Shown: positions 63,107 to 64,000 of the stretch, one piece after another
Layout of the letters: every line of letters starts with the position of its first letter
Position numbering within the stretch: position 1 is the first letter of the stretch
Assembly: GCF_033153115.1 (NCBI RefSeq)
Contig: NW_026889805.1
Span: 21,018,001-21,082,000 of the forward strand
Source: Saccostrea echinata
Lineage: Eukaryota
Reading direction: 5' to 3'
Length of the DNA stretch: 64,000 nucleotides
Translations under genes and position numbers: made by a program
Notes under the pieces: generated by a model
What the model saw: the letters and a program-made list of their open reading frames with translations, nothing else
Databases searched by the model: none
Told to the model about the DNA's origin: nothing

Positions 63107-64000
63107 ATTAGGGCCCCGCAAGGATTTGTGGGTGCCCTACAGTAATCACTCTGTCTGTCCGTATGTCTGTCTGTCCGTCTGTCATTCTTCCATCCACAGA
63201 TTTTCTGTTTTTTTCTAATATTTTTTTTTAGGGTTGACCAATTAAGTTCAAATTTGGTAAGTTGGTTGAATAGGCAGTAAGACATATTTTGATGCTAAGT
63301 TTGGGTCTCTATGTCATCCGGTTTGGAGCTGGGGTGGTGGGGTAGATTCCTTAACTTTATATAAGAATGAATGGGCAAAGAGAGATAACTGCTGAGAATG
63401 TTCCTATAGTAAACTATGAAAGGCTGCAATGGGTCTTTTGGGATTAATTAACTTTCCTCTTGAAGAAAATCCAAAGCATTTATCTTTATCTGTCACACTG
63501 AGATTAATTTACACCTCTGTCTGCAAATGAAGTTTGTTTTGAAGTTAAGGTCAATTCTGAATGATGTTTACATTCTCTGAAATGTGGATTTAAATAATGT
63601 TCCTACTTTATTTTGGTAAAGTACACAATGAGTGATGATTTTATTGAATTCTAAAAACAAGATATAGATAAAGATATCTTTTTCTTCTTCTTATTTTTTT
63701 TCTTTTTTCTTTCTTTTTTTCTGCCTTATGTAAATTCAAGAATACTATTTATTTTAACAGGTATTTAGATACAGTAATAACCTCATTTTATCATCGCTGA
63801 AAATGTTCTTATTGTAAACTTAGAGGAAAAGGTTGAGAGAGCAGTATAATTAATCCTTTGGGATTGATTATCTTGCTGGTTTCAGAAAATTTTAGAGGGT
63901 TATCTTTCTGTCACTTTAAGATTAATTAACACCTTTGTCTGCAACTGATGTTTGTTTTAAAGTTAAGGTCAAGCCTGGGTGATATTTGCATTCACTGAAG
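63107..64000 (+). mobile_element. HINE-like element with a ~420-bp internal duplication, running off the window end
   Basis: Hairpin start TAGGGCCCC..GGGTGCCCTA, (GTCT/GTCC)n; 63435-63580 repeated at 63856-64000. Confidence 0.55.

Overview
AT-rich, repeat-dense animal genomic DNA. The HINE/Helentron-type repeats, V-domain SINE and hAT-like MITEs suggest a bivalve, probably an oyster (inference). I reconstructed three spliced genes by hand. (1) + strand, 1-40593, 5'-truncated: 31 phase-consistent exons giving about 1441 aa of a kinase-less Roco protein. Its architecture is LRR, inserted EF-hand, LRR, Roc GTPase, COR, two tandem TIR domains (the first lacks the NADase catalytic Glu, the second keeps it), a charged linker, a Cys/His domain resembling the C-terminus of plant TORNADO1, a disordered tail and a CaaX box (CVLQ). 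This candidate membrane-anchored GTPase/TIR signalling receptor is the most interesting object in the window. (2) - strand: EXOSC8/RRP43, 11 coding exons, 274 aa. (3) + strand: ZWILCH, only 2 coding exons, about 601 aa, head-to-head with EXOSC8 across about 340 bp. Introns hold many nested non-autonomous transposons and minisatellites, and most short ORFs in the track are repeat artefacts.
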